A DNA stretch of 64,000 nucleotides from Chiloscyllium plagiosum. Its lineage: Eukaryota. The notes beneath the pieces were generated by a model that saw only the letters and a list, made by a program, of their open reading frames with translations, had not been told where the DNA came from and searched no databases. Shown one piece after another: positions 27,601 to 37,400 of the stretch. The stretch is from contig NC_057719.1 in NCBI RefSeq assembly GCF_004010195.1, forward strand, positions 56,363,079 through 56,427,078. The letters run 5' to 3'. How positions within the stretch are numbered: position 1 is the first letter of the stretch; each line of letters opens with the position of its first letter. Position numbers and translations under genes: made by a program.

Positions 27601-30522
27601 TGTTGAGGCTTTTGATGTTGGAATTGTCTTTGCCCAAAAAATTTGAATTGGAATTTATTTATTATAGTTTAACTCTTGTGTTGCCCATGTACATTTGGGC
27701 AATTTGAATAAAATATATATTCTGTTGGGATGCTGATCCTTTTTAAGAGCTATAGATTTTTTGCAAGGTGAATTGTTTTTAAAATTTAAAAAAATCAGCC
27801 TATAACTTTCAGCAAGTTATTATATGACCAAACTACCTCCTGAGATAAACAATAGGGGGGGGGGGCGGCAGGGCGGTGGAAATGTCATACAGAGGTTAAT
27901 TATAGGGATTGTGATTATGGTTCTGTTTCAAGCAGGAATTAAGTTCTAGCTCCAGAAACTAATAGTATTTCTGAGGGGACAGAACTAAGTTGGAATGCAA
28001 CGAAACCCACTCTGGAGATGGAGCGTCCATAGACATAAGGTGCTCAAGGGACACTGGAGAGAGTTGATTAGCTGAAGGCTAGTGGAAGGAGTCCAATAAA
28101 GCTCATACCCTGGAGGGACAGGAGGAATGCTGAAAATTCCTGAGAGCTATGGCATTTTAGTCTCAGAAGTAAAGAAACTTTCAAGAACTTGATAAGTAAC
28201 CAAATACACTGTGGGGAAATAATTAGGCGAAAGTTGAGGTTCTGTTGAGAATTTAAGTGTAAAGTTTATATGCGTAAAGTATAAGCCTATTTTATGTTTC
28301 TTATACAATATAATTTGTTTGCTTTGAAATGTGGAACCTGCTGGCTTCATTCCATTAGTAAATACTTGACATTTTTCAGATTCCCAAGTGCACAACATTG
28401 CTGGTCTCAACTAAGGTGCTAATATTCTATCAGGCCTTGAACTGTACTGGGTCTTCCCAGAGAATATCTTCTGAAGAATCCAAGCTGTTTTTGACAACGT
28501 TTTTGGTCATCTTGATAAGAAGTGGTATACATCCTGTATGGAAAGTTGATAAATGTTCAGGACAATTTTTATTGCCTCTTTTATGCTTTTTTCCCCCCAG
28601 ATCATAAGGAATCTAGTGAGCAGATGTATTTCATTTATGGATTTAGTACACATGTGAACATTGTGCAAGCTTTAAGGGAGTGTTTTGCTTTGAGGAAGGG
28701 ATTTCTCCAGTTCTTCACTAGGTCTAGGGTGTGAAGGACTTTCCATTTGGACTCAGTATTTCGGTATAGCAAGCACTATTTTAATAAGCTTCTGCTTCTC
28801 TGCCACAATAACTTACCTCAATTGCATCTTGTTAATCAGTTTGCAGGTGACACCAAAATTGGTGGTACAGTGAGGAAGGTTATCTCAGAATATGTGACCC
28901 TGATCAAATGGGCCAAGGAGTTTATTTCAAATAAATGTGAGGTGTTGCATTTTGTTAATTGTAGGGCCTTGGGGAGTGTTGCCAAACAAAGAGGTTTAGT
29001 GGTCCAGGTGCACAGTTCCTTGAAAGTGGAGCTGCCTTCTTCATAACCCTGTTTAGTAGTGTTTGACATGCTTGCCTTCTTGGTCAGTACATTGTGTAGA
29101 AGTTGGGATGCAGTGTTACAGCTGTATAGGACACTTTGAGGCCACAACGCAATATTCTTAAAGTTCTGGTCTCCCTGCTATTGGAAAGTTGTTGTTTAAA
29201 ATTGAAATGGTTCAGAAAAGATTTACAAGGATGTTGCCAGAATTGGAGAGTTTGAGGTATAGGAAGAGGCTCAATAGGCTGGGGCTTTTTTACCCCTGGA
29301 GTGTAAGAGGCTAAGGGGTGACCTTATAGAGGCTTATAAAATCACAAGGGGAGTGAATAGGGTGAAGACCCAGTCTTTTTCACAGGATAGAGGAGTCCAG
29401 AACTGGAGGGCAGAGGTTTAATGTGAGACTGGAAAGATTTTAAAAGGGACCTGAAAGGCAAGTTTTTCAGGGTGGCATGTGTATGGGGATACAATTACAA
29501 AATTTAAAACATTTTAAAAATATCTGAATAGGGACACGATAGGAAGGGATATCAGCCAAATATTTTGGATATCTGATCAGCACAGACATATTGGACTGAT
29601 AAATTGATTGAAACACTCAACTGTTTTAGTCAAGGGTTGGATCAGCAAAAGTGAAAAATTGGGGAATCTGACCCCTCTCACTGTCGCCCTCTCTCTCTGC
29701 TACCTCTCTGTCACCGTCTCTCTGTCCCTCCTCCCTCTGTCCCCCTCTCATTAATATCTGGGAGTAGTTACTGAAATCTCTTGATTGCATTTGTGCTGTG
29801 GGGTATTCAATCACACTACCCATGTTGAACAAGTTTTATTTTGGGCTGTCAAGTTATGTTATCCTGAATGTAAAGTCTTTTGTCCAAGAAACTCTAAAAT
29901 ACTGTGGCTTTGTTCTCTTAGGCAGTGAAATACAGGGGACTTACTAATTTCTCAAAGGATAGCACCCTATTAACTACTTTGATTACAGGCTCGACCTGCC
30001 TATTGATTTGGACTCATACTAGAACACTTCTCTGCACCTTAGAATTGTCATTTTTCATTTAAGTTTATTTTTTTGACCTTGTTCTTTTTTGCCAAGTGAA
30101 CAACTTTATCTTTTCCTACATTGCACTCAACTTGCAGCTACTTGGTGTAGTCTACAAATTTAGCTACTTATGGCTTTGCTCCCTATGTAGGTTGTAATAT
30201 TTCAATCAAACAAAATCTATTAATATCCTAGAAATTAGATAGAAAAGGTCTTCCTGGAGGTTGTGTTCAACTTTCCCAATTGGTTATTGAAAGCAATAAC
30301 AAGTTAACTGGCTGAATAAAATGCTGCACTAATTGAGAATAACTTATCTGTACTTTTGTTTTAGTGAGAGATCCAGTACAGGCAGGAGTAAATCATCTCC
30401 CACTGCCTCAGCCTACATTTCTTCCACCAAGACAACTTCTAGATGTACCAAGTGGTCTTCTCCCATCTCGGCAGCCTGTACCCAAGTTTTCTGCACCAGA
30501 ACACCCATCAGAAGAAAAATGA
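586..30522 (+). CDS. MIA2: MIA2/cTAGE5 (TANGO1-like ER exit site factor), 3' part; 19 coding exons, about 648 aa in window
   Basis: Exons join in consistent phase into a coiled-coil plus Pro-rich protein matching recalled human cTAGE5 (ERNQIY, QQKLKIMTELY, RAKDLEEEL, SHEKKAHDNW, FLSPP.DGPLR.SPL.PG, SDSGSLSP.W); adjacent tail-to-tail FBXO33 as in other vertebrates. Confidence 0.93.
1655..2590 (-). repeat. Degenerate tandem array of about 6 tRNA-like (A/B box) units of about 110 nt
   Basis: Units near 1681-1796, 1810-1898, 2135-2218, 2288-2396, 2420-2528 and partial 2552-2587; minus strand shows TGGTGCAGTGA and G(A/G)TTCAAGT boxes. Confidence 0.65.
3339..3449 (+). CDS. MIA2: MIA2 exon (DAYAKLDKSN...LEEEKQTRSQCSNL)
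   Basis: tttcttag acceptor, TTG|gtatgt donor, 111 nt, phase 0-0. Confidence 0.9.
3637..3708 (+). CDS. MIA2: MIA2 exon (ITEIRANLTTLENEAQNLQVQIEE)
   Basis: ttgcag acceptor, GAG|gtaagg donor, 72 nt. Confidence 0.9.
3793..3897 (+). CDS. MIA2: MIA2 exon (TTTELKAIQIN...HLKQSKEQ)
   Basis: ttttaag acceptor, CAG|gtatgg donor, 105 nt; inside ORF 3781..4047. Confidence 0.88.
4689..4811 (+). CDS. MIA2: MIA2 exon (LLQESEGWEERYSE...SKENEVK)
   Basis: ttctatag acceptor, AAG|gtaagg donor, 123 nt. Confidence 0.92.
4894..4960 (+). CDS. MIA2: MIA2 exon (TLTSCLLKMKLWNVPEEESPAE), apparently shortened
   Basis: tttacag acceptor; GAAG|gtaata is the only phase-1 donor before the in-frame TAG at 4968-4970 region; 67 nt. 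Confidence 0.82.
5125..5885 (-). mobile_element. Old CR1/L2-type LINE fragments
   Basis: Degenerate RT motifs (MDFQKVF, WIQNQLKERK, FLLYINNL) and 3' end remnant. Confidence 0.7.
6060..6083. repeat. (TTTG)n microsatellite
   Basis: About 5 consecutive tttg units. Confidence 0.8.
7048..7103 (+). CDS. MIA2: MIA2 exon (EMSEEQQKEKIEKLIYFAK); alternative in-frame start at 7057
   Basis: poly-T tract then tag (start 7048) or cag (start 7057); AAG|gtaagt donor. Confidence 0.88.
7349..7470. mobile_element. Tigger/pogo-like MITE, 122 bp
   Basis: TIRs cagaacaacctc / gaggttgttctg; TA on the left, TG (mutated TA) on the right. Confidence 0.7.
7900..8570 (+). mobile_element. CR1 LINE ORF1 fragment (SGNH esterase-like)
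   Basis: CFPG...VIVHIGTNNI...VVISGLLP...WLRSWC..EGF.FLDHW...LHLN, frameshifted. Confidence 0.88.
8578..9092 (+). mobile_element. Old LINE 3' fragment (family with gggcaataaatgctgg tail)
   Basis: Colinear with 26420-26910 and reverse of 49240-49495; A-rich end. Confidence 0.65.
9295..9385 (+). CDS. MIA2: MIA2 exon (LNAELKSAEDERNQIYSKLSDEIKAKQELM)
   Basis: ctcttttag acceptor, ATGG|gtaaat donor, 91 nt. Confidence 0.93.
9585..13260 (-). mobile_element. Long, internally deleted CR1 LINE (ORF1 SGNH, APE endonuclease, RT), non-functional
   Basis: ORF1 IVIGDSTVRG/VVHIGT (12773-13096); endonuclease ETW, MGDFN, DSDH (11710-12433); RT tail RPHLEYCIQFWSP (9719-10186); frameshifts. Confidence 0.93.
13275..13495 (+). 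mobile_element. CR1 LINE 3' end
   Basis: Highly similar to 53690-53900; ends ctatgactcta. Confidence 0.85.
13500..13750 (-). mobile_element. CR1 RT fragment
   Basis: Reverse strand encodes RPVSLTSVV-like RT motif. Confidence 0.7.
14619..14945 (+). mobile_element. HE1-type V-SINE, full length
   Basis: gggcggcacggtggcacagtggttagc tRNA head, B box gggttcaa, V domain ctgtgtggagtttgca...ctccggtttcctccca, CR1-derived tail. Confidence 0.93.
14990..15128 (+). CDS. MIA2: MIA2 exon (ERIEKLQLEH...QQKLKIMTELYHEKEMELQR)
   Basis: ttggcag acceptor, AAG|gtacaa donor, 139 nt, phase 1-2. Confidence 0.94.
15859..15960 (+). CDS. MIA2: MIA2 exon (NLTLEEHQRLQKEEKLSEVDEKINQATEELNIYR)
   Basis: catag acceptor, TAG|gtaact donor, 102 nt, phase 2-2. 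Confidence 0.94.
16042..16102 (+). CDS. MIA2: MIA2 exon (QRAKDLEEELVKTIQSYKNQ)
   Basis: cttttcag acceptor, CAA|gtatgt donor, 61 nt. Confidence 0.94.
17430..17465 (+). CDS. MIA2: MIA2 exon (IVSHEKKAHDNW)
   Basis: tttacag acceptor, TGG|gtgagt donor, 36 nt; hallmark TANGO1/cTAGE5 motif. Confidence 0.95.
18366..18433 (+). CDS. MIA2: MIA2 exon (LSAREADRELGNIKRENIHLRQK)
   Basis: tttgtag acceptor, AAA|gtaagt donor, 68 nt. Confidence 0.93.
19563..19707 (+). mobile_element. Penelope-like terminal fragment with inverted 5' end
   Basis: Perfect 51-bp inverted repeat; 14-bp direct repeat ttgcattacttata at 19549-19562 and 19708-19721. Confidence 0.8.
19960..20780 (+). mobile_element. Old CR1-type LINE 3' part
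   Basis: Degenerate RT C-terminal motifs (WQMKYN..K, RPHLEYC) and 3' UTR. Confidence 0.72.
21166..21607. mobile_element. Penelope-like insertion with inverted termini
   Basis: aaagttaaaaatcacacaac... inverted at the far end; flanked by tctgcct(t/g)ttca at 21154-21165 and 21608-21619. Confidence 0.75.
21863..21959 (+). mobile_element. Short Penelope-like fragment
   Basis: Same family as 21166 and 56799; 13-bp direct repeat tagtaaaaatgat at 21850 and 21960. Confidence 0.72.
22180..22292 (+). CDS. MIA2: MIA2 exon (ITEAEFKMDIALKGP...LVPPYRG)
   Basis: ttttacag acceptor, GAG|gtacct donor, 113 nt, phase 2-1. Confidence 0.86.
23150..23278 (+). CDS. MIA2: MIA2 exon (SSPYGSSPVGRP...DGPLRFSPLFPGRPDFK)
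   Basis: ttgcag acceptor, AAA|gtaata donor, 129 nt; inside ORF 23107..23310. Confidence 0.9.
23535..23678 (+). CDS. MIA2: MIA2 exon (TQGPSVH...SDSGSLSPVWERERKLLETPSG)
   Basis: ctatag acceptor, CAG|gtatat donor, 144 nt, phase 1-1. Confidence 0.88.
24022..24300. mobile_element. Old fold-back element, probably Penelope-derived
   Basis: Imperfect inverted arms (tgctggagaaactcagca / tgagtttctctagca); related pieces near 40040-40150, 43170-43220, 47310-47420, 50540-50670. Confidence 0.6.
24969..25033 (+). CDS. MIA2: MIA2 exon (GECSTLESSMEISNSAPGNQTQ); 3' end 25033 (GT) or 25039 (GC donor)
   Basis: aacag acceptor; supplies the phase 1 to 0 change needed between flanking exons; donor ambiguous. 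Confidence 0.7.
25262..25490 (+). CDS. MIA2: MIA2 exon (GTSSISINQTLP...FDPRGHFLPRG...LPPHPAMG)
   Basis: ttttctgcag acceptor, GAA|gtaagt donor, 229 nt; matches recalled PGF...DARGPFLRRG block. Confidence 0.9.
25900..26915 (+). mobile_element. Old LINE 3' part
   Basis: RT tail remnant (ILRIIIDQKLNCTNHINTVA) and 3' UTR shared with 8578-9092. Confidence 0.72.
27038..27220 (-). mobile_element. HE1-type SINE 3' fragment
   Basis: Reverse complement of the HE1 tail and part of the V domain. Confidence 0.8.
28835..29600 (+). mobile_element. CR1 LINE 3' part, degraded
   Basis: FAGDTKIGG, NKCEVLHF; colinear with 52980-53860. Confidence 0.82.
30365..30522 (+). CDS. MIA2: MIA2 last coding exon (MRDPVQAG...PSGLLP...PEHPSEEK*)
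   Basis: tgttttag acceptor, TGA at 30520-30522; resembles recalled human C-terminus (PSGLIP...EHPEP). Confidence 0.88.
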
Positions 30523-30535
30523 ATTAGGTGAGGGG

Positions 30536-30640
30536 AATAAAAACCTCTAGCCATGTTGAGTCAAATGTACATTAAAGATGTGAATTATAAATAACTTTAA
30601 TTGGTTAATATTTAATATGGACTTTCCAATTTGGAATAAA
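30536..30640 (+). terminator. Candidate MIA2 polyadenylation signals
   Basis: AATAAA at 30536 and 30635, ATTAAA at 30571; site used unknown. Confidence 0.4.
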
Positions 30641-33147
30641 GACACATTCTGACAAAAGTGCTGTTTACAAGTTGCACAACTCAGGAGACTTAATGAAATT
30701 TTAAACTTTTACTGTGCACTTAGCTTGCCATTGTACAGTAGTTTACCATGCATTAACAGCATTGTATGCTGTAGTTGTGTGGAATTTGTAAGTGCTATGA
30801 TTTTTTTTAAAGCAACAGTATTTGAAGTGCAAGAGATCTTAACCAGAAAATACCATGTGTTGAAAAGTGGTGCTGTGCTTAATTCCACTGATGTAAATGC
30901 AGATTTATACTCTTAATATAAGAAGGAATGTTTGAAGAACATTTAGAATATAAAAGTTTATTGTAAAATACTGAAAATAAGACAAGTGCTTGATTTAAAC
31001 AACTTTTTAGATGTGTAATTTTTTCATACAGACATCTATACATTGGAATGAAGGTAATCAGTTATGGGATTTTACAACTTTGACTAGTTCTACAAATCAC
31101 CTTTTCTGCTTGAACTTGTTTGACATTTCAAAGCTACTTCACATTGAATGAAAATTAGTCACTTACTATAGTTTAATTATCTAAAGCCAACTCTGGTATT
31201 CCTAGACAAATTCTAGAAATTATAGCTAGTTTCCATCATGCCATTTGAAGCACTTTCAACTATTGATAGTTTGTTGAATGGCAAACAATGGAACATTTCT
31301 TTTTAAAGAGGTGATTTTTCACATCCTAGGAATAAAATATATAGGTTTGTGGCATTGTAGCATATCTACCCCTGGGCTAGAAGGTCTGGGTTCAAGTGAA
31401 GTCAAATAACTGTAGGCAACACTGAAGAAACCCACCCTTGTGTGCCATTTCTGTGGAGGTCAATTTATATGCATGTATCACATCTTTGCACTGGGAGTGT
31501 CAGTGCAGGATATCAAATAGATGAAAAGTAAATTGTAAAGAGTGAAGTGGAAAAAGCAAATTGTTTAATCATTTTGTAGTTAGGTTAGTGCTATTTTCTT
31601 TATTGCCAATTCCAAAAATCACTTGTTTAAAACTCAATGATATTGATAGACTGAAGGGCTAACAATGTTAAAAACCCAATCTGAAATGGGTGGTGGAGAA
31701 ACAGTAAACATTGCTTCAAGTCACTGCCTTTGCAACCTTTAAATCAATGAGCATAACTAGGTGGGATAGCACAGTCAGGTGGGAATATAGAGTTCAATAA
31801 TGGCCTGAAAATGTCTGCTGAACAAAACCATGTGGAAAGGGAAGAACAACTGTTAGCTGAACCCTGTAAGTTCATCCAACAGAAGCCAAGAAGTGTTCAA
31901 AAGCAAAAACAATTCTCCACCCCTAAATTAAGACCTTAAATCTGCTTCAGTAGAAAGTATGAAGATATAGCAAACCTATCAAAAGTTACTTGTTAAACAC
32001 CGATGCAATAGGTTAGATAAGAGTTAAGCAATCTCAAAGTTTGACAGTAAAACACATCTATTTTAGTGGTTAATCAGGAAGAGGATCCATGAATACTCAA
32101 ACCATGGTGTAGGTGCACAATGATCTTAAAAAAATTGCTCACTGGATTAACTTAACTGTGAACAGGACCTTACACCAGTTTGCAATTCAATGCAAGTTGC
32201 ATTGAACACCTGAAATGTACTGGATATATCAGAGTCCCAACATCAATTTCTTCCCCCTACAAAGTTGTTAATTTGCACACAATGTGAGCATCACTAGTTC
32301 TAACATTTGTGGCCATAATAATTGCTCTTAAAGGTAGGAGAGTCATCTTGACTTCTGTAGTCTAGGTGGCATAGCTACACCAAAAAAAGGTGCATTAGGA
32401 AAGGCTGTCCAAGATTTAATCTAATGAGTGAAAGAACAGTATCAAGTGGAACACAAGCAGGGAACAAAAGAATTAGCACCACTGGAACACCCCACCCAAA
32501 TTCTAAATCCATGTTATTCTTGATTTAAAGAATTACCTCGTTCCCCATGTTCTATGCTTAAAGCATTTTACATCCATACATGCTCCAAAGTCCCTCAGTA
32601 GCTGCCGGTGCCATTTTCCCCCTTGCCTTCAGCCAGCTAAAAAGACTACACCACATTGTTTTCAAACTCAAATGCTAGAAGTCTTCGAAAAGATAAATTT
32701 TTCCTATCAGCAAAATTTTAAAGTAATGGAATGTGTGGTATAATAGCTAGTTAGTGATGAACAGTGACACTAATAGCACAGGTTCAATTTACACACTGCT
32801 AAAGTCACCATGAAGGTTCTACCTTCATGACATGGTGACATTCAGGTTAAAATTCACTAGTCATCTCTCTCCCTATGGAGGTCATCTGGGAGAAATTCAA
32901 CTTTATCTTTACCTAGTTATGGTAAAAACCCACCAGCAATACAATTTTCTATTTGATGTGCAAATATCTCAGGAAGCATTAGAGATTTCCAACAAGAGTG
33001 TAAGGAATAGAAACCAATTGTTATAGCTTGCAGCCATACTTTACTGCAAATACAGTAAATGTATGCAAAAGGCTAAACTTTTGAAAACCAATGTATTTTA
33101 CTGTCAGCACATGCATTTTTTGCCATGTGCACATGATATAGCTCAAC

Positions 33148-33205
33148 TTTATTGTAAATTCCCAAAACTTTAGCACTAAACATTAAGTAATTTGAATGCT
33201 TTATT
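33148..33205 (-). terminator. Candidate FBXO33 polyadenylation signals
   Basis: Minus-strand AATAAA at 33200-33205 and 33148-33153, about 1 kb after the stop. Confidence 0.4.
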
Positions 33206-34191
33206 GATAGATTAAACAATAAACAGTCAACACAAACTTAAACATTAATTTAACATTCAACTGCTTTCCTCACATTTTCTGTCAGTATTTCATATGATCT
33301 CATTCAATGATAAAATCTCACCACATCTGGCATTTTCATACATTGCACCAGTGGATCCACTCTACAGATGTACATATAAAATCCGCATGGTAAGTGCATT
33401 AATCACTGGAGACATGCAACATAATGCACACCTGTCAAAATGCATCATTGACACAAGATGGTAAAACCATTTGAAACAATCACCACTCACACTTTCTTCA
33501 TAAATAGAATCTTGACATATGTTGCATACAGTAAATTTGTTTTACAAGCTTATACAAAGCAGCCAGGTCACAGCACTGCTGGGCAGCATGATGGCCACAC
33601 TGAGTAATACTGGCTGTCCTTACATTAAATGCACAACATTCGTACCACTTAAAACTGGGGTCAGGTGCTAGTCTCACAGAGACCACGACTGTACCCGCGG
33701 TTGCCCTGAACATTGCGGCTTTTAAAGCCTCTTGCTTTAACAAGATTTAAGTTATCCTAGTGGAATGTTCTCAAAATCATAGCAGCAGCTCATAGCTTTG
33801 TTAGAACTGATTTTTTTTGTATTCACTATTCACAGTGAACCAGGTGCACGTTCGTTTAAGAGCTGTAAAGTTGTTGACTGAGCCACAGCACAGCTGTGTA
33901 CCGCAGGTCGAAAATTCGACCTTTTAAACTCGTAGGTTCTGGCTGACCAGCCATTGGCCTGCCCCTGCCAGCATGTGGGCACTTCTTCATTCTGTTTTCT
34001 TTGGCAGTTGACACAGGCGCTGACAGAGAAAATCCAGTGACTCTTGCCACATCTACTTCTAAACCAATACCAACTACATTTACAGATTAAGCAGGATACA
34101 CACTTTATATATAACTAATACTAATTAACAGCACATGTAAATGTTAAGTTATTGAAAATGCAGGGCCCTCTAATACACAAGTTTTGAAATG

Positions 34192-34460
34192 CTAAATGCC
34201 TTCACTGAAGCGCTGCATTTCCTTGTAAAAATAACGAGCGGTCTCACTGAAAACATAAAGAATTTCATTTTTCATTACTGGATGCCATCGTTTTCCCAAA
34301 CCTAAGGATACTTCTTCAATGAGATTATGCATAGGATCCCCATCCAGGGGAGTCATCGCAGCATCAAAATTAATGCTCTCCTCAGTGACTTCCAGGACTT
34401 GCAGTCCTGGTCCACGAAGCCGAGCGATAGCAATGAGATTGTGGGCCCAAACAACATATC
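34192..34460 (-). CDS. FBXO33: FBXO33 exon 3 (last coding)
   Basis: ctag acceptor, GYVVWAHNLIAIARLRG...FSEGI then TAG. Confidence 0.95.
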
Positions 34461-37400
34461 CTAGATTGTAAATTGAAAACAAAAAAAAGTTACTGAATTT
34501 GAAAATGCAAAAAAGTTACAAGTTAAAGGCTACAAGTTTATTCCAAAAATTTACTAATTTCCAAAGAGAAACCAAGTTGTAGTTTATTTAAATTAAAAAA
34601 GAAAAATGAACCAAAGTTCCAATATTCTTGAAACTAATTTACCTTACAAAAATACTGCTGCAAAAATCCTTCCACAAGCTTTTATGGAGTTCAAATTCAA
34701 AGCAGTTACTAATGCACTACCCAACTGAAAAGGCGTTTGGCTCATTAATGCAGTCACTTGTGACCATATGGTTACAAAAATTCCATTATTCAGCATGACA
34801 GTGAGTTATGATAAAAGATGCTATGTGAAATGTCACTAGTGCAGCGTCGGTAACATGTACGTAACATTAGGTAAAGTGAGAGTCAGGCAGAATGCTCAAA
34901 AGCCAGTGCCATAATCTCCCAGAATCTACATTACTTCATCTTAATGAAGAGTTATGAGTGCAGCATATGTGACAAGACTCAGATGTGACTTTGCATTGAA
35001 TTTCTGACATTGCTTTTGTCTTTCCTTTCATAGTTATGCATTCTATAACCAGAGTCTCAACATGCAAAATTGTTTGATTCAAACACCAAACATGCACATT
35101 CAATTCAAAAAGGAAATGTATTTAATTCACTAATATTAATACATTGAAATAATCAAAAGTATTGCTTACCATGGATTGAGAGGTGAGAGAGTTTTCTACA
35201 CTTCCATGCCAAAATTACCATGGGGTCTTCATTTCGGTCACTGCCGACATCTGGAAAACCATTGATGCCTTGCTCTACATCCTTTATGAGGAGGAGGTGG
35301 GTAAGGGATTTGTTATACTGCTGGGTTATGAGATCTACCACATCACCTGAAATACCATTAGTTGAGCTGTCAAAATGAATTCTCTCTAAAGGTATACTCG
35401 GCTTCAGAATTCTTAGTAAAATGTCATTCCTGACATTAAAAGCCATGATGTAAACATGAAGATTTGCACAGTGCCTGGTAAGCACCTTCCAATCTGCATC
35501 TTGTGGCATGTTATCTAAAACATGTACGTTGGACATCAAGAGAGACAACCTATGCAAAGGCACGTGGTTGCTGTTGGCGAGTACTCGTGTCACATCAGCA
35601 GTAAAATCGCAGAAATCCAATGCAAGCGATCGCAGGTTTAAAAAGCGCTCCAACTCAACTGCCTCAACAACTGGGGATTTGTTAATAAAATGGGTATCCA
35701 GGAGACTCAGGTGTTCAATGCAATTGGCACTGGACTGAGGCAAGGCTGCTAATGTTGTGGGAGTTACTACCTCCATCATAAACCCAAGGGAGAGCCATTT
35801 CAGATGTTTGGAATTTCCCAATAGCTCTTCAATCAATTGTTGGATTCTGCAATAAACAAAAGCATTACAATTGCTACATTTCTAGGTATTACCAACAATT
35901 AGATTTGCAAGTCCAAAGCCCCAGAACCATTTAAAAACTGTCTGGGACAGAATGCACATCATATTGGAAACAGCATGAACAAACAGGAAAGCCATGCAGC
36001 TCAACTAGCAACTGCACATTTGCTTAATAAATGCCATTTAATACTAATTTATAGCCAATTCTATTTAACTTTGTAGTTTAAGACTACATTTCAACATAAT
36101 GAGCTTATTCTGTTATTAACCTGATGGTCAGATTACTATACATTTTGGTTGTAGTTTCCAGATATTGAACTTTCCTGTGTCTCACAGTAATCCAGTTTAA
36201 ATTAATTGTTTTCCATTTTATGGAAAACCATCTGCAGTTATAAACTCACTATGCTTTTATAGCTTCTCTAAAGAGAAAAATAATTGCCCCATTTGGGAAC
36301 TCCCCTTGCTTTACCATTCACTTTAATGATGTTCTTTTGGAGAGAGTATATAGATAATAGAAATTTTAAAATAGACTCTGGGCAAGTTAGAAATTGAGAA
36401 GCTTTAGTTAATCAAAAAAGTGTGACGTTAATTGAAACAATACCAGACAGTGCAAGAGCTGAGAATGCAGCTTCAAACTAGCCATTAAAAACTGTTTAAA
36501 CAAAGATGGAACAGGAAATTTAAAAGTCATAATATTTTAATTCAAAATTTCCCATGCACAGTTCTTATTCAAAACTCAAATTAAGTGATTTGTTGTTTTA
36601 AAAAATTCCCAGAATGCAATGTATGATTTCCTGAGACACTTCTTTGGAGTTGGACAATTTTCAGCTGCAATCTCAAAACAATGATTCATTTATTTCCATT
36701 GTGATACTTACCAGTAGAGAGAAAATGGCAGTTACAGCCCAAAAAGGTTAGCAGGGTCATCTTTACAAACTGAAACCAGATCATACCTGGTTTTAGGGAG
36801 TTATTTCAAAAAAGTATAGAGCACAGATTAATACTCTTATCAGGGGAATGAGCTGCTTAAAACATACCATTAATTCTTGAATTGTTCTCCTTTCAAATCC
36901 ACCCACGTCATCTGGTGACTAAATAAACTAATCTATTGCTACCAAGTGCCGACAAAAGCTACCAATTTGCAGTTAAAGTTCTTACAAGGCACTAACAGAC
37001 CAAATGCTGCTTCAGGTGCTTTTCCAACTTCTTGGAGAAATGCCTTCTTTCTGCTCAAACACCAAAGCAAAAAGAAAAAGGCCACAGGAAGAACGGGTAC
37101 AAATCCCACTATACTATTTGTCAAGTCAACAGGTTACATAAGGCAACCAACCAAGCCAAAACTTTATTGTCTGCAATGAAATGCAAGTTCCCACAAAACC
37201 TTAAAACTACCAGGGTTAAATGCTCTGCTGTATACACAATTGCCATCCATATTACTTTAGTACAACCACTCACTGCAGACAAGCTGCAGACGTGCAAATA
37301 TGCAATTCAATCTACGCTACACACCCTGAAACTAACCATAGCAACAAACCTACACAATAGCCCTTTTGATCAAAGGTTTGCTTCTCAGCCTCTAAACTAT

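Noticed and set aside
586..30522. Identification as MIA3/TANGO1
   Set aside because: Most exons, the C-terminus and FBXO33 adjacency fit MIA2; only short segments look MIA3-like
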